The notes below the pieces were generated by a model. It searched no databases. It worked only from the letters and a program-made list of their open reading frames with translations, and was not told where the DNA came from. The translations under genes and the position numbers were made by a program. This document shows positions 1 to 10,117 of a stretch of 64,000 bases of DNA, one piece after another. The stretch spans positions 25,021-89,020 of IMG/VR virus record IMGVR_UViG_3300032931_000905. The stretch is one strand, 5' to 3'. The DNA comes from a virus. Within the stretch, counting starts at the first letter, position 1. Each line of letters begins with the position of its first letter.

Positions 1-57
1 GATCAATGTCCTGGAAAATTGGTGCCGTCTTAGTAGCCATAATACCTTGTATTTATG

Positions 58-885
58 TTAGAAGCCCAGAGTCTTACCGACACCGGCACCAAATTCTTGG
101 ATCTTAGGAAAGCCTGGTTTATTCAAGATATCCAGGATGCCTTTCCCCTGGGAGGTACGGTTTGACACGGTTTCGAACACAAATTTGGCACAAGGATCTT
201 GGCTCAAGGCATCGATCATCAGCGCCAGGGCAGCCTGCTTGATCTGGGCCACACATTGCTGCATAAAGGTGGAATCGGCCGAGAAGATTCCTTTGGCAAT
301 ATTGGTCATGTTGGAGAGGGATTGGGCCACTTCGGTGATCGACGCCACCCCATTGATAATCCGATTGCTCACATCCCCTATCGCATTCGTTTTGGAGCCG
401 ATGGCATCCTGACTGAAGATACCCGTCATGCCCCCAATGACTGACAAGCAACCTGAGGCGCCATCCAGTAAGGTCGTATAATCATTCATCTTTTTTCCAA
501 TAGACAAGACCGTTTCGATTCCAGGGAGATGAATGCCCTGACCCTCAGCAATACCAGAGAGTCGATTGGTGTGACTCAGTAAGGTACTCAAGGAGGCGCG
601 AACGTCCGAGAAGGTGCCACTGTTCAACAATTGGGTCGCATCGGTCGTGGTAATCAGCGGATTGGTGACCCCGGCTTGAATGGCTTGTAACTGGGCCTGA
701 ATGTTATTGACCGCTTGATTGGCCCCACCAATGGACGCGGTCATGGGGTTCTGGAACATGGTCGAACGATCTGCGATACCAGAGATCATGGCTTGGGCGC
801 GTTCTCCCATTGGAGGAAGTGTGGCCGCTTTGATTTCAGCCAAACCAGGAATTGAGGGAATGCTAACGGGTATACCAAACGACAT
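58..885 (-). CDS. hypothetical protein, probably virion/baseplate associated
   Basis: 275-aa ORF directly downstream of the PAAR gene in the baseplate operon; no family recognised. Confidence 0.55.
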   Translation of the reverse strand: MSFGIPVSIPSIPGLAEIKAATLPPMGERAQAMISGIADRSTMFQNPMTASIGGANQAVNNIQAQLQAIQAGVTNPLITTTDATQLLNSGTFSDVRASLSTLLSHTNRLSGIAEGQGIHLPGIETVLSIGKKMNDYTTLLDGASGCLSVIGGMTGIFSQDAIGSKTNAIGDVSNRIINGVASITEVAQSLSNMTNIAKGIFSADSTFMQQCVAQIKQAALALMIDALSQDPCAKFVFETVSNRTSQGKGILDILNKPGFPKIQEFGAGVGKTLGF

Positions 886-887
886 GA

Positions 888-1184
888 TTATCCTCCACAG
901 ATGACATCGGGACTACTGGTGAGTACGCGAGACTCACAATCAAGAAAATCGCCTTCACGCATCAGACCCAGGCCATTACACAGCACGGTAGATGATCCGA
1001 TCAGACCACTGGCCCCATGAAAGTCAAACGGCAGCACCGTGCGTACATGGATCTGCCAGGGATCGCCGACTCGGACGACCGAGACCCCGTTGCACAGCAC
1101 ATCAGGGCTCCCGACTACGGGCGAACGAGGTGCGAAGAAATCGTGTCCCGTACATAAATCAGTAATGCGACAGAGACCAGGCAT
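888..1184 (-). CDS. PAAR-repeat spike tip protein (gp5.4-like)
   Basis: Repeated GSxxVxxNG...RxGD motifs with Cys/His; follows gp5. Confidence 0.9.
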   Translation of the reverse strand: MPGLCRITDLCTGHDFFAPRSPVVGSPDVLCNGVSVVRVGDPWQIHVRTVLPFDFHGASGLIGSSTVLCNGLGLMREGDFLDCESRVLTSSPDVICGG

Positions 1185-1196
1185 ACCGTCCTCGCG

Positions 1197-3062
1197 TTAG
1201 ACCAGGGTCGTGGAATAGATCGTGACCACTGGTTTCTCAAGTCCGATATGATAGCGTCGGTCTCGATCATCCAGTCCGTTTCGTTTACCATTCACATACT
1301 CGGTGACATTGATAATATTGCCATAGTCGCCTTTATAGCCTCCGTGATAGACACGGAAATACCAGATGACGAGTTTGGCCGCAATGGCCGCTTGTGACGC
1401 GGCATCAGGATTATTGACCAGATCCAGCCCCACGGCCTTCGAGGCCGCGACATAATTCGCCTTCCCGGTCAATTGGATGAATCCTCTCCCTCGATATTTA
1501 TACCCATCACCCACCGTTTCGTCTTTACTATTGCCCACTTTTCCGGCATAGACACGATTCAGAATGAGATCAGGTTGGCCAAGAAACTTACTGGTATCAT
1601 AGGGAGAATTCGGATCGTCTTTAAAGTAACTCGGCCAAGCACGTAACAGCCCCGTTTTGGAATAGTTGTCATTTTCGACCAGCTTGGTAAAGTTCTGAGA
1701 TTCATGGGCGCACTGTCCCCAAATCATCGCCCGTTGGGTGGCATCCTGGATGCCTGCGGCGTTCAAGGCCTTGACCATGATATCCGCACCTTCCAGAGTG
1801 GTCAGCACCTTCTGAGGTGTGGTATCAGGTGGCGGAGGGAGATTGGTGGGGGCCACCGCTTCGGGGCCTATGGCGGTGGGATCGGCATCGGTGAGCCGTG
1901 CCCCGACCCGTTCCTTGAGTGCCACATTGCCTGCTTCATTGGGGTCTGACGGAGGCGGTGTGGTCGTCTTGGCCGCCTCTTCAACCGCGGCCGCGCGTTC
2001 CCGTTCGCTCGGAGGTGTGAGTGTCGCGGCTGTGGACTTGATAATCGGCGCCTCAGGCGGCCCTAATGGAAACGGGATGCCAGGATTCAATGTCAACGGA
2101 GACCCCTGGATGGCCATGATTCCGGCTGACCACAGGGTCATTTCAGATCCACTCTGCATTCGGATTGGACCTGTGGATTTGAGGGAAGTCTGTCCGGCCA
2201 CCTGAAGATTATAGTTGCCCAGGACATGCACATTCAAATCTTTTTTCACGGTCAGTTGATAGTCTCCAAACACACAGATATTATGATTGACCAATGAAAT
2301 TTCGATGCGAGGACCATGGACCCGTGACACTTTTGTCCCATCGGGATGAATTTCGTCAGAGGTGCCGGATCTGTGGTAAATATGTACCCGTTCGGCCCCT
2401 GGGGTATCATCCAGTTCAATGACATGCCCCGACTCCGTTTCGGTCACATGATTATACGGATAGACCGCCGCATAGGGACTTGTGGGTTCCGAGAAGGTGC
2501 CACCTTTGACGGTGGGAATAGAGGCAATGGTGGTATCTTTCTTCTGTTGGATCAGGGTCTCGGTAATCTTGTCGTTCCGTCCCAGACGAGAGAGATTCGG
2601 TTCGCCTAGGGTCAAGGGATAGGGTGAGGCGGTATCGGCTTCGGTAATTGTGATCGGATCACCTGTGGTCTTTTGATCCAACGACTTTGGGGGACGCGGC
2701 GCGGCTTGAAGCTGTGCGGTGGTGCGCGGATCAGAAAATCCTGTACCAGCGGGAATGCGTGAGCCAGGGACACCCGGTATCAGACCCATGATGCACGGCT
2801 TCTGGCAATAGGGCCCATCCAGATAGAATCCGACCACAAAGTGACCTTCATGGACATTCAAGACATCAGGACCTGAGAGCGGCGACATGGTCAAGGCCCA
2901 GGGGAGTGCCTCTGTGGGAATCATGGTTTTATCGTCGGTATGATCGCCGATGACCCTGACCCGCACACGATTCCGTTTTTCTGGGTCCTGTCGATCTTCG
3001 ACCACACCAATAAACCACTTGAATCCTGACAGACCGAGTTGTCCTGCCTCAATGTCACGCAT
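1197..3062 (-). CDS. gp5: baseplate hub spike gp5 with C-terminal GH19 lysozyme/chitinase domain
   Basis: N-terminal WFIGVVEDRQDP..RVRVR OB-fold, YPYNHVTETESGH..DDTPGAERVH motif, C-terminal QCAHES...YRGRGFIQLTG...VNG GH19 motifs. Confidence 0.93.
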   Translation of the reverse strand: MRDIEAGQLGLSGFKWFIGVVEDRQDPEKRNRVRVRVIGDHTDDKTMIPTEALPWALTMSPLSGPDVLNVHEGHFVVGFYLDGPYCQKPCIMGLIPGVPGSRIPAGTGFSDPRTTAQLQAAPRPPKSLDQKTTGDPITITEADTASPYPLTLGEPNLSRLGRNDKITETLIQQKKDTTIASIPTVKGGTFSEPTSPYAAVYPYNHVTETESGHVIELDDTPGAERVHIYHRSGTSDEIHPDGTKVSRVHGPRIEISLVNHNICVFGDYQLTVKKDLNVHVLGNYNLQVAGQTSLKSTGPIRMQSGSEMTLWSAGIMAIQGSPLTLNPGIPFPLGPPEAPIIKSTAATLTPPSERERAAAVEEAAKTTTPPPSDPNEAGNVALKERVGARLTDADPTAIGPEAVAPTNLPPPPDTTPQKVLTTLEGADIMVKALNAAGIQDATQRAMIWGQCAHESQNFTKLVENDNYSKTGLLRAWPSYFKDDPNSPYDTSKFLGQPDLILNRVYAGKVGNSKDETVGDGYKYRGRGFIQLTGKANYVAASKAVGLDLVNNPDAASQAAIAAKLVIWYFRVYHGGYKGDYGNIINVTEYVNGKRNGLDDRDRRYHIGLEKPVVTIYSTTLV

Positions 3063-3064
3063 GA

Positions 3065-4360
3065 TTATTCTTTTCCTAATTGTTGGACTTGTTGATCCGG
3101 TGCCGGGAGGACGGTCATCCGTGATTCCTTCATGAGTTCGCAGAGACAGACATATTTTTCACGATCTATCTTATGTTGAATCGAGGTGAGCATATACTTA
3201 CCGGAATAGGTCTCATCCAGGATTTTCTCGGCATCGGTATTCAGTATGGCGGCCGGATAATGGAGGGTCACCACGGCACCCACGGTCAGGGTCAGATTCC
3301 CAGGAAGGACCACACGGACTCTATGATTATGTAGCCCCGCCAAATACATCCGGCGTTGAAGGAGGTTCCGATGGATTTCTGTTCCGGCCGGCATGATCCG
3401 ATAGAACGATCCCGGCATCTCTTGGGGCGCCAGATCAAAACGATTCTTGAGGCGTTGGAATGGGGTATAGGTGTTCCCTCTCCCGGTCGCAGGAAATTGT
3501 TGATCCACACTCAGACTCACATCCGATTGGGATTGGGTATCCAGGTCCACGACGGTCATGTGACTGGCATAGGCCCCCAGAGCAATGAGTTGGAATTCAT
3601 CACACCCATGAGGCTGTTCGTATTGCATCACATTGTCGAGTTGTTTCTTGGGATCATTGGAGGTCGTCGGTGTGCGCTGTCGACCAAGATTCCGAGGTCC
3701 CATATTGATATCCAGGATCGACTCGGCCCGGAATAGCGTTTCCACGGCCTTGAAGTGATACCCCAATCGGTTTTCATAGAAGAGAAACGAGGCCGAGAGG
3801 ACCGCGTTAGAAATGGCAATTTCAGCAAACCAATTCAAGGTTTGAAACGGTTTCCATGTGGCGACAATCAACGAGGTCGGAAAATCCGTCGGTTCCACAG
3901 AGAGACGCGCCTGAGGAATCAGGAGTTCCTTCAGACAGATATCCTCCACCATGCTCGATACCGGGCGAATGACATAGGCCTTGGACAGACGCAGTTGTTC
4001 ATTGAGCAGAGCTTCCTCTGAGGTAAAATAGAGGATATAGCTTTCATTGGTGCCCGTTTCATAGATACGATCTCCGAGTTTATAGACTCGAAATGTTTTC
4101 TTGAAGACCACATCCTGGGTGGACTTCTCGAAGGAGATCATCAGATATTCCGATCCCAGGATGGGCACTTCGTTGATGAGATTGTGGGAATCATTAATCA
4201 GAATCGAACCCGATAGGGTGTTGCCGAACAGGTCCTCATAGATGGAAATTTCTTTCCAGATACCTGTGATATCGACCACACGACCTGAGGACGAGATCAG
4301 ATAGAGTTGCGTGATTTGATAGGCCCCAGGGCGGCTGAGACCAATAGGATTGAGGGCCAT
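3065..4360 (-). CDS. baseplate hub protein (gp27-like)
   Basis: ISIYEDLF..LSGSI, FLFYEN..GYHF, SGKYMLTSIQH motifs; lies between gp53 and gp5. Confidence 0.75.
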   Translation of the reverse strand: MALNPIGLSRPGAYQITQLYLISSSGRVVDITGIWKEISIYEDLFGNTLSGSILINDSHNLINEVPILGSEYLMISFEKSTQDVVFKKTFRVYKLGDRIYETGTNESYILYFTSEEALLNEQLRLSKAYVIRPVSSMVEDICLKELLIPQARLSVEPTDFPTSLIVATWKPFQTLNWFAEIAISNAVLSASFLFYENRLGYHFKAVETLFRAESILDINMGPRNLGRQRTPTTSNDPKKQLDNVMQYEQPHGCDEFQLIALGAYASHMTVVDLDTQSQSDVSLSVDQQFPATGRGNTYTPFQRLKNRFDLAPQEMPGSFYRIMPAGTEIHRNLLQRRMYLAGLHNHRVRVVLPGNLTLTVGAVVTLHYPAAILNTDAEKILDETYSGKYMLTSIQHKIDREKYVCLCELMKESRMTVLPAPDQQVQQLGKE

Positions 4361-4366
4361 ACTCGT

Positions 4367-6286
4367 TTAGTTTCCTGTCAATCGTGCGAGTTGTGCTCGG
4401 GCTTGGAGGAGATAATCCTTCTTGAGTAATTTGATGTGTCGCTTTTTGTCGTTCTTGAGGACTTCGACATCATAGGCACTCAGGCTTCCGGTCGTCACCG
4501 TCGTGGTCACCGTGGTGTGATCGGGGAACGAATAGACTCGCCCATTCACTTCGGTGGCTTGTGGGACCAGCGCATTGCTCTGGGTGGGCTGTTGATAGAC
4601 ACTATTCGCCAGAATCCCTGCCATCGTGACATTCGTAAGATGATATTGCAGCGTGGTCGCGCCGCCGACCCCATGGCGCAGGCCAAACCCACAGGTGGTG
4701 CCACTCAGCGGGGTAGGATCAACATAGGACGCTTCCAGGATGCCGTTGCGATAATACGAAATCGCCGAGCCTTGTGCGACCACACCGAGTTGTGTACCGG
4801 GGGACAGCGAACCGAATGGGCTACTATTGCCTGAAAAGACATACACATTACCGCCGGCCGTCGTATTGGCATTGACCGAACGCTGTAGCGAAAATGAACC
4901 GTTTGAGGTGATCTGATAATCATAGCCGGTCCAGTGATTCCCGACATTATCGGCCGTGCCTCTCACGGCGACCTGGATATAGGCAGGATTGGCCGTAATC
5001 ATGGCACCCACGGTCACGGTGATGCTGTGATCGCCGGTACTCGGCTGTGGGACATTGGCGGTGACAAACCCATAGGAACCGCCGGAATGGATGGTGACCA
5101 ATGGCGTGCTACCAGATCCCGACACAAAGATTCCAGACGGGGCGGCATCGAGGATATGGGAGTTGTCATTCCAGTAGCGATAATCGGTCGAGGGTGATTG
5201 CGTCTTTTGATGGTCTTCGGGGTTCTGCCCGATCATGCCTCGCTGGAAATCTTCTTGTCTTCCCAGGCTGCCATCAGGTCCGACCGTCAGAGTCGTGATC
5301 GAGGTTTTCGTTTGGAGTCCGATCATCCCTTTGGTCCCGGTGATCATGCTAGAGCTATCGACGGCATGGATCATCAGATTGCCATTCAGATGGAGGGTCA
5401 CCAAGTTCCCATAGGCGGCGACTCGGTATTGCATGTTATTCGCTATCGCCACGGTGGCATTGGCCGCGAAATCGTATTTCGTCAGGACGGTCTTGCCTGT
5501 CTGGGCAATCCAATCAAATTCTTCATATTTGTAGAGGACCACATTGGCGCCGTTGCAGGAGATATCCGCGAAATATCCCGACAGTTTATCATGGGTAATG
5601 CCTGTTCGCACCCCCAAGGTAATGAGACCTGTGGCATTGGCCGTAGGACCGATTGTGGCATCAATATATTGATTCGCCGGCATGTCGTGTGTCAGTAAGG
5701 CCGCTCCAGATCCCGTGGTGGATAACGCATTATTCGCAATCACGAATCCCGCAATAGGATCAGTCAGATTGACATTATGACCTGGTAAGATTTGATAATC
5801 CGCACCCAGGGTCGTTCTGGTAAAGGTATCGATATAGGGCACGACCTGAAGGCCCCGTGACTCAAACGCCGTTTGATCGATCACGGTCAAGGCGGAGGCC
5901 ACTTCGGTGTTGGAATTGACGCTATTCAATTGCAGGAGATACAGGCCCGATTGTTGTTGAGCATTGGCCACGCTGCCGTATTTGTTGAGGATCATGGCTT
6001 TGAAATCTTGATAATTCAGTGGCCAATCCAGGACGGGATCGGTGATATTGTTTACCAAGGTGACCAGCCAAAAATACCGAGAATCGCCATAGTACTTATG
6101 GGCAATACTTTCTGGTGTGTCTGATTCCTTGATCTGATAGGGATAGAAGCTTGATGCATTCTGGAGCAACAGTTCCGTAAAGGCCACACGGCGAAAGATG
6201 TTGGTGACCACATCATCCGCACTGGTGGCCGTGGAATCGAGCGTATAGGTCATCAGAGGAAAGTCACCAAAATAAGTAGACGCCAT
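4367..6286 (-). CDS. gp53: baseplate wedge gp53 with a large internal insertion
   Basis: N-terminal YFxxFP...YQIKESDTPESIAHKYYGD..WLV..N and C-terminal E..ND.KRHIKLLK motifs separated by ~450 aa of beta-rich sequence. Confidence 0.85.
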   Translation of the reverse strand: MASTYFGDFPLMTYTLDSTATSADDVVTNIFRRVAFTELLLQNASSFYPYQIKESDTPESIAHKYYGDSRYFWLVTLVNNITDPVLDWPLNYQDFKAMILNKYGSVANAQQQSGLYLLQLNSVNSNTEVASALTVIDQTAFESRGLQVVPYIDTFTRTTLGADYQILPGHNVNLTDPIAGFVIANNALSTTGSGAALLTHDMPANQYIDATIGPTANATGLITLGVRTGITHDKLSGYFADISCNGANVVLYKYEEFDWIAQTGKTVLTKYDFAANATVAIANNMQYRVAAYGNLVTLHLNGNLMIHAVDSSSMITGTKGMIGLQTKTSITTLTVGPDGSLGRQEDFQRGMIGQNPEDHQKTQSPSTDYRYWNDNSHILDAAPSGIFVSGSGSTPLVTIHSGGSYGFVTANVPQPSTGDHSITVTVGAMITANPAYIQVAVRGTADNVGNHWTGYDYQITSNGSFSLQRSVNANTTAGGNVYVFSGNSSPFGSLSPGTQLGVVAQGSAISYYRNGILEASYVDPTPLSGTTCGFGLRHGVGGATTLQYHLTNVTMAGILANSVYQQPTQSNALVPQATEVNGRVYSFPDHTTVTTTVTTGSLSAYDVEVLKNDKKRHIKLLKKDYLLQARAQLARLTGN

Positions 6287-6289
6287 GAC

Positions 6290-7480
6290 TTAGTAGCCTT
6301 TCAACACCAAATCTTTGGTGATGTATTCTGTTTCGGTAAATTCGAGCCGCATCCGAATGTTGACGGGCATGCCTTCTCGGATATTGCCTGGTTCTTGATA
6401 GGCAGCAAATCCATTGGGGGCATAATCAAGATCGATGTTTCTGAGGACACAGGTCGAAATTTTTCCCAGTGTGCTAATGGAAAATTCAATGTCGATATCT
6501 CCTGGTGGGATCATCAGAAATCCCAGTCCACCTTGATCGGGTACTTCAGGGGCCGCGAAAAACTTGAAGGCCCGAATGATGCGCTGCACGGCGACCCCTT
6601 CGTCATAGGAGCGAGGCGCAAAATTGAATTCCAGTGTAAAGGTCCGTAAATCAGGAGAGGTATACAAGACTTCGATCATGGGATTGACGGCAAACCCTAA
6701 TTTTGAGAGGACCAGGCCGTCGGGCAGCCCTGTGGCCGCGTCCAGAAACTTCGCTCCTGCGGTTTTGGCGGCCGTAATGGCCCCCGCCAGTGCACCTGAT
6801 CCTGTGCCTGTGGCCACACCTTCGGCGAGTTGGACGCCTGGGGCCAGGGCCTGGACTCGACCGGAATCAGACAGATGGGGATCACGCCATTGTTGAGCAA
6901 AGTTCCATTGCAGGGTATCGGGCATATACAGTCGGATAGAATGTGAGGTCCGCACCGTTTCCCGCGACAAGTCGATGGACGCATATTGCCCTTTGACATC
7001 AGAGCTAATGGGTTGGGCCGATCCGGTCCCGCGACTATTGACTTCCCGCGCAGTCAGTCCTGCCACACCAGCGGAGACGGAGAAGCTCTTTTTTCCGGTC
7101 GTACTCAGGCTCTCATTGAGATTCACGCCTTTATAGGCTTTATTGAAGCGGGAGGCCGTGGTGGCCACATTGAAATAAAATGTCATGTAATGGGGATAGC
7201 GGCTTCCTAATCCCGCAGCGGGATATTGGATCTGATCGAAGTCGAAAAATGATTGTTCGAGCGCCGATAATGGCTCCTGTTTCTGACTCTCTTTGTAATA
7301 TTCGGCTGTGGTATTGACGGCCGTGATAGGTTTCTTTGAGATATCAAAGGCGCCGGTGATCGCCGGGGCGCCAAATGCACCAGGGGCAGGATTGGGCGAA
7401 CTGACGAGACCTGTGCTGATCGGCGCAAAGGACTGTCGGCCAGCGGAAAAGAGTCCTTCGGTACCGGTGAACTCAGCCAT
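6290..7480 (-). CDS. gp48: baseplate tail-tube cap gp48-like
   Basis: IRLYMP, NP..EVLY..PDLRTF.LEF.FAPRS..E...V..II..FK, L.FTE motifs. Confidence 0.85.
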   Translation of the reverse strand: MAEFTGTEGLFSAGRQSFAPISTGLVSSPNPAPGAFGAPAITGAFDISKKPITAVNTTAEYYKESQKQEPLSALEQSFFDFDQIQYPAAGLGSRYPHYMTFYFNVATTASRFNKAYKGVNLNESLSTTGKKSFSVSAGVAGLTAREVNSRGTGSAQPISSDVKGQYASIDLSRETVRTSHSIRLYMPDTLQWNFAQQWRDPHLSDSGRVQALAPGVQLAEGVATGTGSGALAGAITAAKTAGAKFLDAATGLPDGLVLSKLGFAVNPMIEVLYTSPDLRTFTLEFNFAPRSYDEGVAVQRIIRAFKFFAAPEVPDQGGLGFLMIPPGDIDIEFSISTLGKISTCVLRNIDLDYAPNGFAAYQEPGNIREGMPVNIRMRLEFTETEYITKDLVLKGY

Positions 7481-7518
7481 AAATACTCCTTGTGAAAGTC
7501 AGACTGTTGTTATTTATA
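7478..7518. promoter_or_regulatory. divergent T4-type late promoters (CATAAATA on +, TATAAATA on -)
   Basis: Match to the gp55 late consensus TATAAATA between divergent gp48 and gp4 operons. Confidence 0.7.
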
Positions 7519-7534
7519 TCGGAATCCCTGTGCC

Positions 7535-7981
7535 ATGAAATATTATCAAGGTCGCTATACCCCCATTCATCCCGAAAAGTATCAAGGCGAGATCGGGAAC
7601 ATCTGCTATCGCTCGTCCTGGGAAAAACGGGTGATGCTCTGGCTCGATCAACACCCTTCGGTGCTCTGGTGGGGATCGGAATCCTTCCCGATACCGTATA
7701 TGAGTCCCGTGGATAAACGGCCACATCGGTACTTCCCTGATTTTGTGGTGCATATGAGGAAAAAGGATACCAGCGAACAAACATTTATCTGGGAGATTAA
7801 GCCGCACCGAGAGACCATGCTGAGACCGGCCCCTCAACGGTCCTCACGACGATTTCTTCAAGAGGCGGCCACCTACAGCATAAATAGGGCGAAGTGGGAT
7901 GCCTGTGACGCATTTTGTCTGGCCAAGGGATGGACATTTATGGTCATCACCGAAAAGAATATTCCAGGACTGAAGACCTAA
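7535..7981 (+). CDS. gp4: head completion nuclease gp4
   Basis: Y.G.Y.P..PEKY.G, YRSSWE, WGSE..IPY.SPVD..HRYFPDF, EIKP, N.AKW, TE motifs. Confidence 0.93.
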   Translation: MKYYQGRYTPIHPEKYQGEIGNICYRSSWEKRVMLWLDQHPSVLWWGSESFPIPYMSPVDKRPHRYFPDFVVHMRKKDTSEQTFIWEIKPHRETMLRPAPQRSSRRFLQEAATYSINRAKWDACDAFCLAKGWTFMVITEKNIPGLKT

Positions 7982-7982
7982 T

Positions 7983-8579
7983 ATGCCTTCGATACTTCAA
8001 CGAATTCAACAACAATCAGTGGATGCCGGCATGGTCCAACGGACGGATGCCGCCCGGAAATGGCTCCTATCCTTGATTCCGTCCCTCAAGGTGACCTCTA
8101 TGACCTTGATGCAGGATCGTCAGTCCCAGAAGTCCCGCATTTTTGTGGGTCGCATGTATTTTTTCCGGTATGATGCCCTGGGCAAGGATGAATTGCCCTA
8201 TTTTGATCGGTTCCCGTTGGTGATTCCTATCGATCAGTATCACGATGGATTCCTGGCGCTGAATCTCCATTATTTGCCTGTCAAGACGAGAATGATCCTC
8301 ATGAATAAACTCAGTGTCTTGCTCACGACCCCTGGGCGCTATGACGAGCGGACCCGACTCCGCATTTCCTATCGGGTGCTTCAGAGTCATGGTCGGATCT
8401 ATGAGCATACCCCAGCCGTGAAACGCTATCTCTATTCTCAGATCAAATCTCGCTTTTTAGAAGTGCCTGCGCCCCAGTGGGATATCGCCGCCTTGCTCCC
8501 CACGGCGTCATTCCGCGGTGCCACGGTGTCAGAAGTCTATGCCGATTCACGGCAGATCATTCAGAAGAGGAAGACCTAA
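7983..8579 (+). CDS. gp2: DNA end protector protein gp2
   Basis: GRMYFFRYD..K..LPY.DRFPL, LNLHYLP, KRYL motifs. Confidence 0.92.
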   Translation: MPSILQRIQQQSVDAGMVQRTDAARKWLLSLIPSLKVTSMTLMQDRQSQKSRIFVGRMYFFRYDALGKDELPYFDRFPLVIPIDQYHDGFLALNLHYLPVKTRMILMNKLSVLLTTPGRYDERTRLRISYRVLQSHGRIYEHTPAVKRYLYSQIKSRFLEVPAPQWDIAALLPTASFRGATVSEVYADSRQIIQKRKT

Positions 8580-8580
8580 C

Positions 8581-9321
8581 ATGGCCGGACGTATCGATGA
8601 ATTTTGGTCCCAGATGAAAGATGACGGCATCGCTAAGAATTCCCATTCGGATGTGCGGATCGATCTGCCTCCCTCACTGAGCGGTCTGGGTTGGGGCGGG
8701 ATCGAACAGACCATGAAGTTGCGGTGTGAGTCTGGAGAATTACCGGGTCGTCAAATCGTCTCTAGTGATATCAAAATCTATGGACCCATCTATCGGACGC
8801 CCTATCAATCCGTCTATACCGAACTGAATCTGACCTTTATCGAAACGGCCGATCTTCAAATTCGTCGATTCATGGAAGCCTGGATGGATACCATCTTTGA
8901 TTCTAGCTCGAATGTCCTGGCCTATCAAAACACCTTCCAGGTGTCGATGACGATTACCCAATATCAGGTGGATGCTCGGCCGGGTCAACCCGTCGATGAA
9001 CGAAGTGAATTTTTCCCCGAATTCGGTCCCAATGTATTTGGAGGCAGGCAAGTGGCCACGCCGGCCGCCGCGGGATCATCCCTGGAACCGTCCTTGTTGA
9101 TGTTCATCAAGAATGCGTATCCTGTCAATATCAATCAGATGGCCACCTCATGGGCCGATGACTCCCCTCATCGGGTCCAGGTCGCCTTCTTCTATGAATG
9201 GTATACGATGTCGGCGCCGAATCCGCGTTCGACCAGTGGCGCCAATTCAGGGCTCAAGGAATCTCCGCGTACTATTACGATACCGGGCGGGACGAATGAT
9301 CCGATCCTGGCGAATTTCTAA
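8581..9321 (+). CDS. gp54: baseplate tail-tube initiator gp54-like
   Basis: LRCES.ELPG, YGP...PY, FMEAWMD, AYP..I motifs; start reassigned to ATG 8581 just after the gp2 stop. Confidence 0.75.
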   Translation: MAGRIDEFWSQMKDDGIAKNSHSDVRIDLPPSLSGLGWGGIEQTMKLRCESGELPGRQIVSSDIKIYGPIYRTPYQSVYTELNLTFIETADLQIRRFMEAWMDTIFDSSSNVLAYQNTFQVSMTITQYQVDARPGQPVDERSEFFPEFGPNVFGGRQVATPAAAGSSLEPSLLMFIKNAYPVNINQMATSWADDSPHRVQVAFFYEWYTMSAPNPRSTSGANSGLKESPRTITIPGGTNDPILANF

Positions 9322-9341
9322 TCTATCACATGATGAGGTGA

Positions 9342-10097
9342 ATGATGCTCCCGAAATTAGTGACTCCACAATATGACTATCTGTGTCCGTCAGGGATGCA
9401 AGTGACCTATCGGCCCTTCCTGGTCAGGGAAGAAAAGCTGTTACTCATGGCCCGAGAATCGAATGATGCCAATACGATCATGGACGCGGTCGAGCAAGTC
9501 GTGAAGAATTGTGTGCAGACCTCGGTGCCACTGGATACGTTACCGATGTTTGACATCGAAGCAATCTTCCTGCAACTTCGGGCCCGTTCTGTAGGGGAAT
9601 CGGCGAACCTCCGTTTTCAGTGCCATCAGGTGATCTCGGTCCCTGGGCTTGCTCAGGTCGGTGAGGTGCCCACGTCACGTTCCTGTGATGTGGTCTCGGA
9701 GTATACCGTCGATTTGTTGGGGATTGTCCCGACCTTTGGAGCAGGGCATTCCAAAACGATTCCACTCAACGAGACCGTGGGGTTGATTATGCGGTATCCC
9801 TCGTTCAAGTCGTTCAAGAAATTTATCAATGCGACCTTGAGTACCGAGGACGCCTTTCGGGTGATCGAATCGTGTATTGAGTCGGTCTATGATGCCCAGA
9901 AATTCTATCCCGCAAAGGATGCCTCACCGACGGAACTGCGTGAGTTTCTGGAATCATTGAATACCAAACAAGTGGAGAGTATTGATCACTTTTTTGAGAC
10001 CTTTCCGAAAATTCGGACCACGATCCCGTTCAAGTGTCCTGGGTGTGGCTATACCGAATCCTTGGAGGTCGAAGGGCTCGAATCTTTTTTCGCATAG
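9342..10097 (+). CDS. gp26: baseplate hub subunit gp26
   Basis: LPK..TP.Y, YRPFLVREEKLLLMA, FD.E.IFLQLRARSVGE, FFETFPK, CPGCG..EGL.SFF. Confidence 0.9.
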   Translation: MMLPKLVTPQYDYLCPSGMQVTYRPFLVREEKLLLMARESNDANTIMDAVEQVVKNCVQTSVPLDTLPMFDIEAIFLQLRARSVGESANLRFQCHQVISVPGLAQVGEVPTSRSCDVVSEYTVDLLGIVPTFGAGHSKTIPLNETVGLIMRYPSFKSFKKFINATLSTEDAFRVIESCIESVYDAQKFYPAKDASPTELREFLESLNTKQVESIDHFFETFPKIRTTIPFKCPGCGYTESLEVEGLESFFA

Positions 10098-10117
10098 GGA
10101 CCTCACACGATTCGTTG

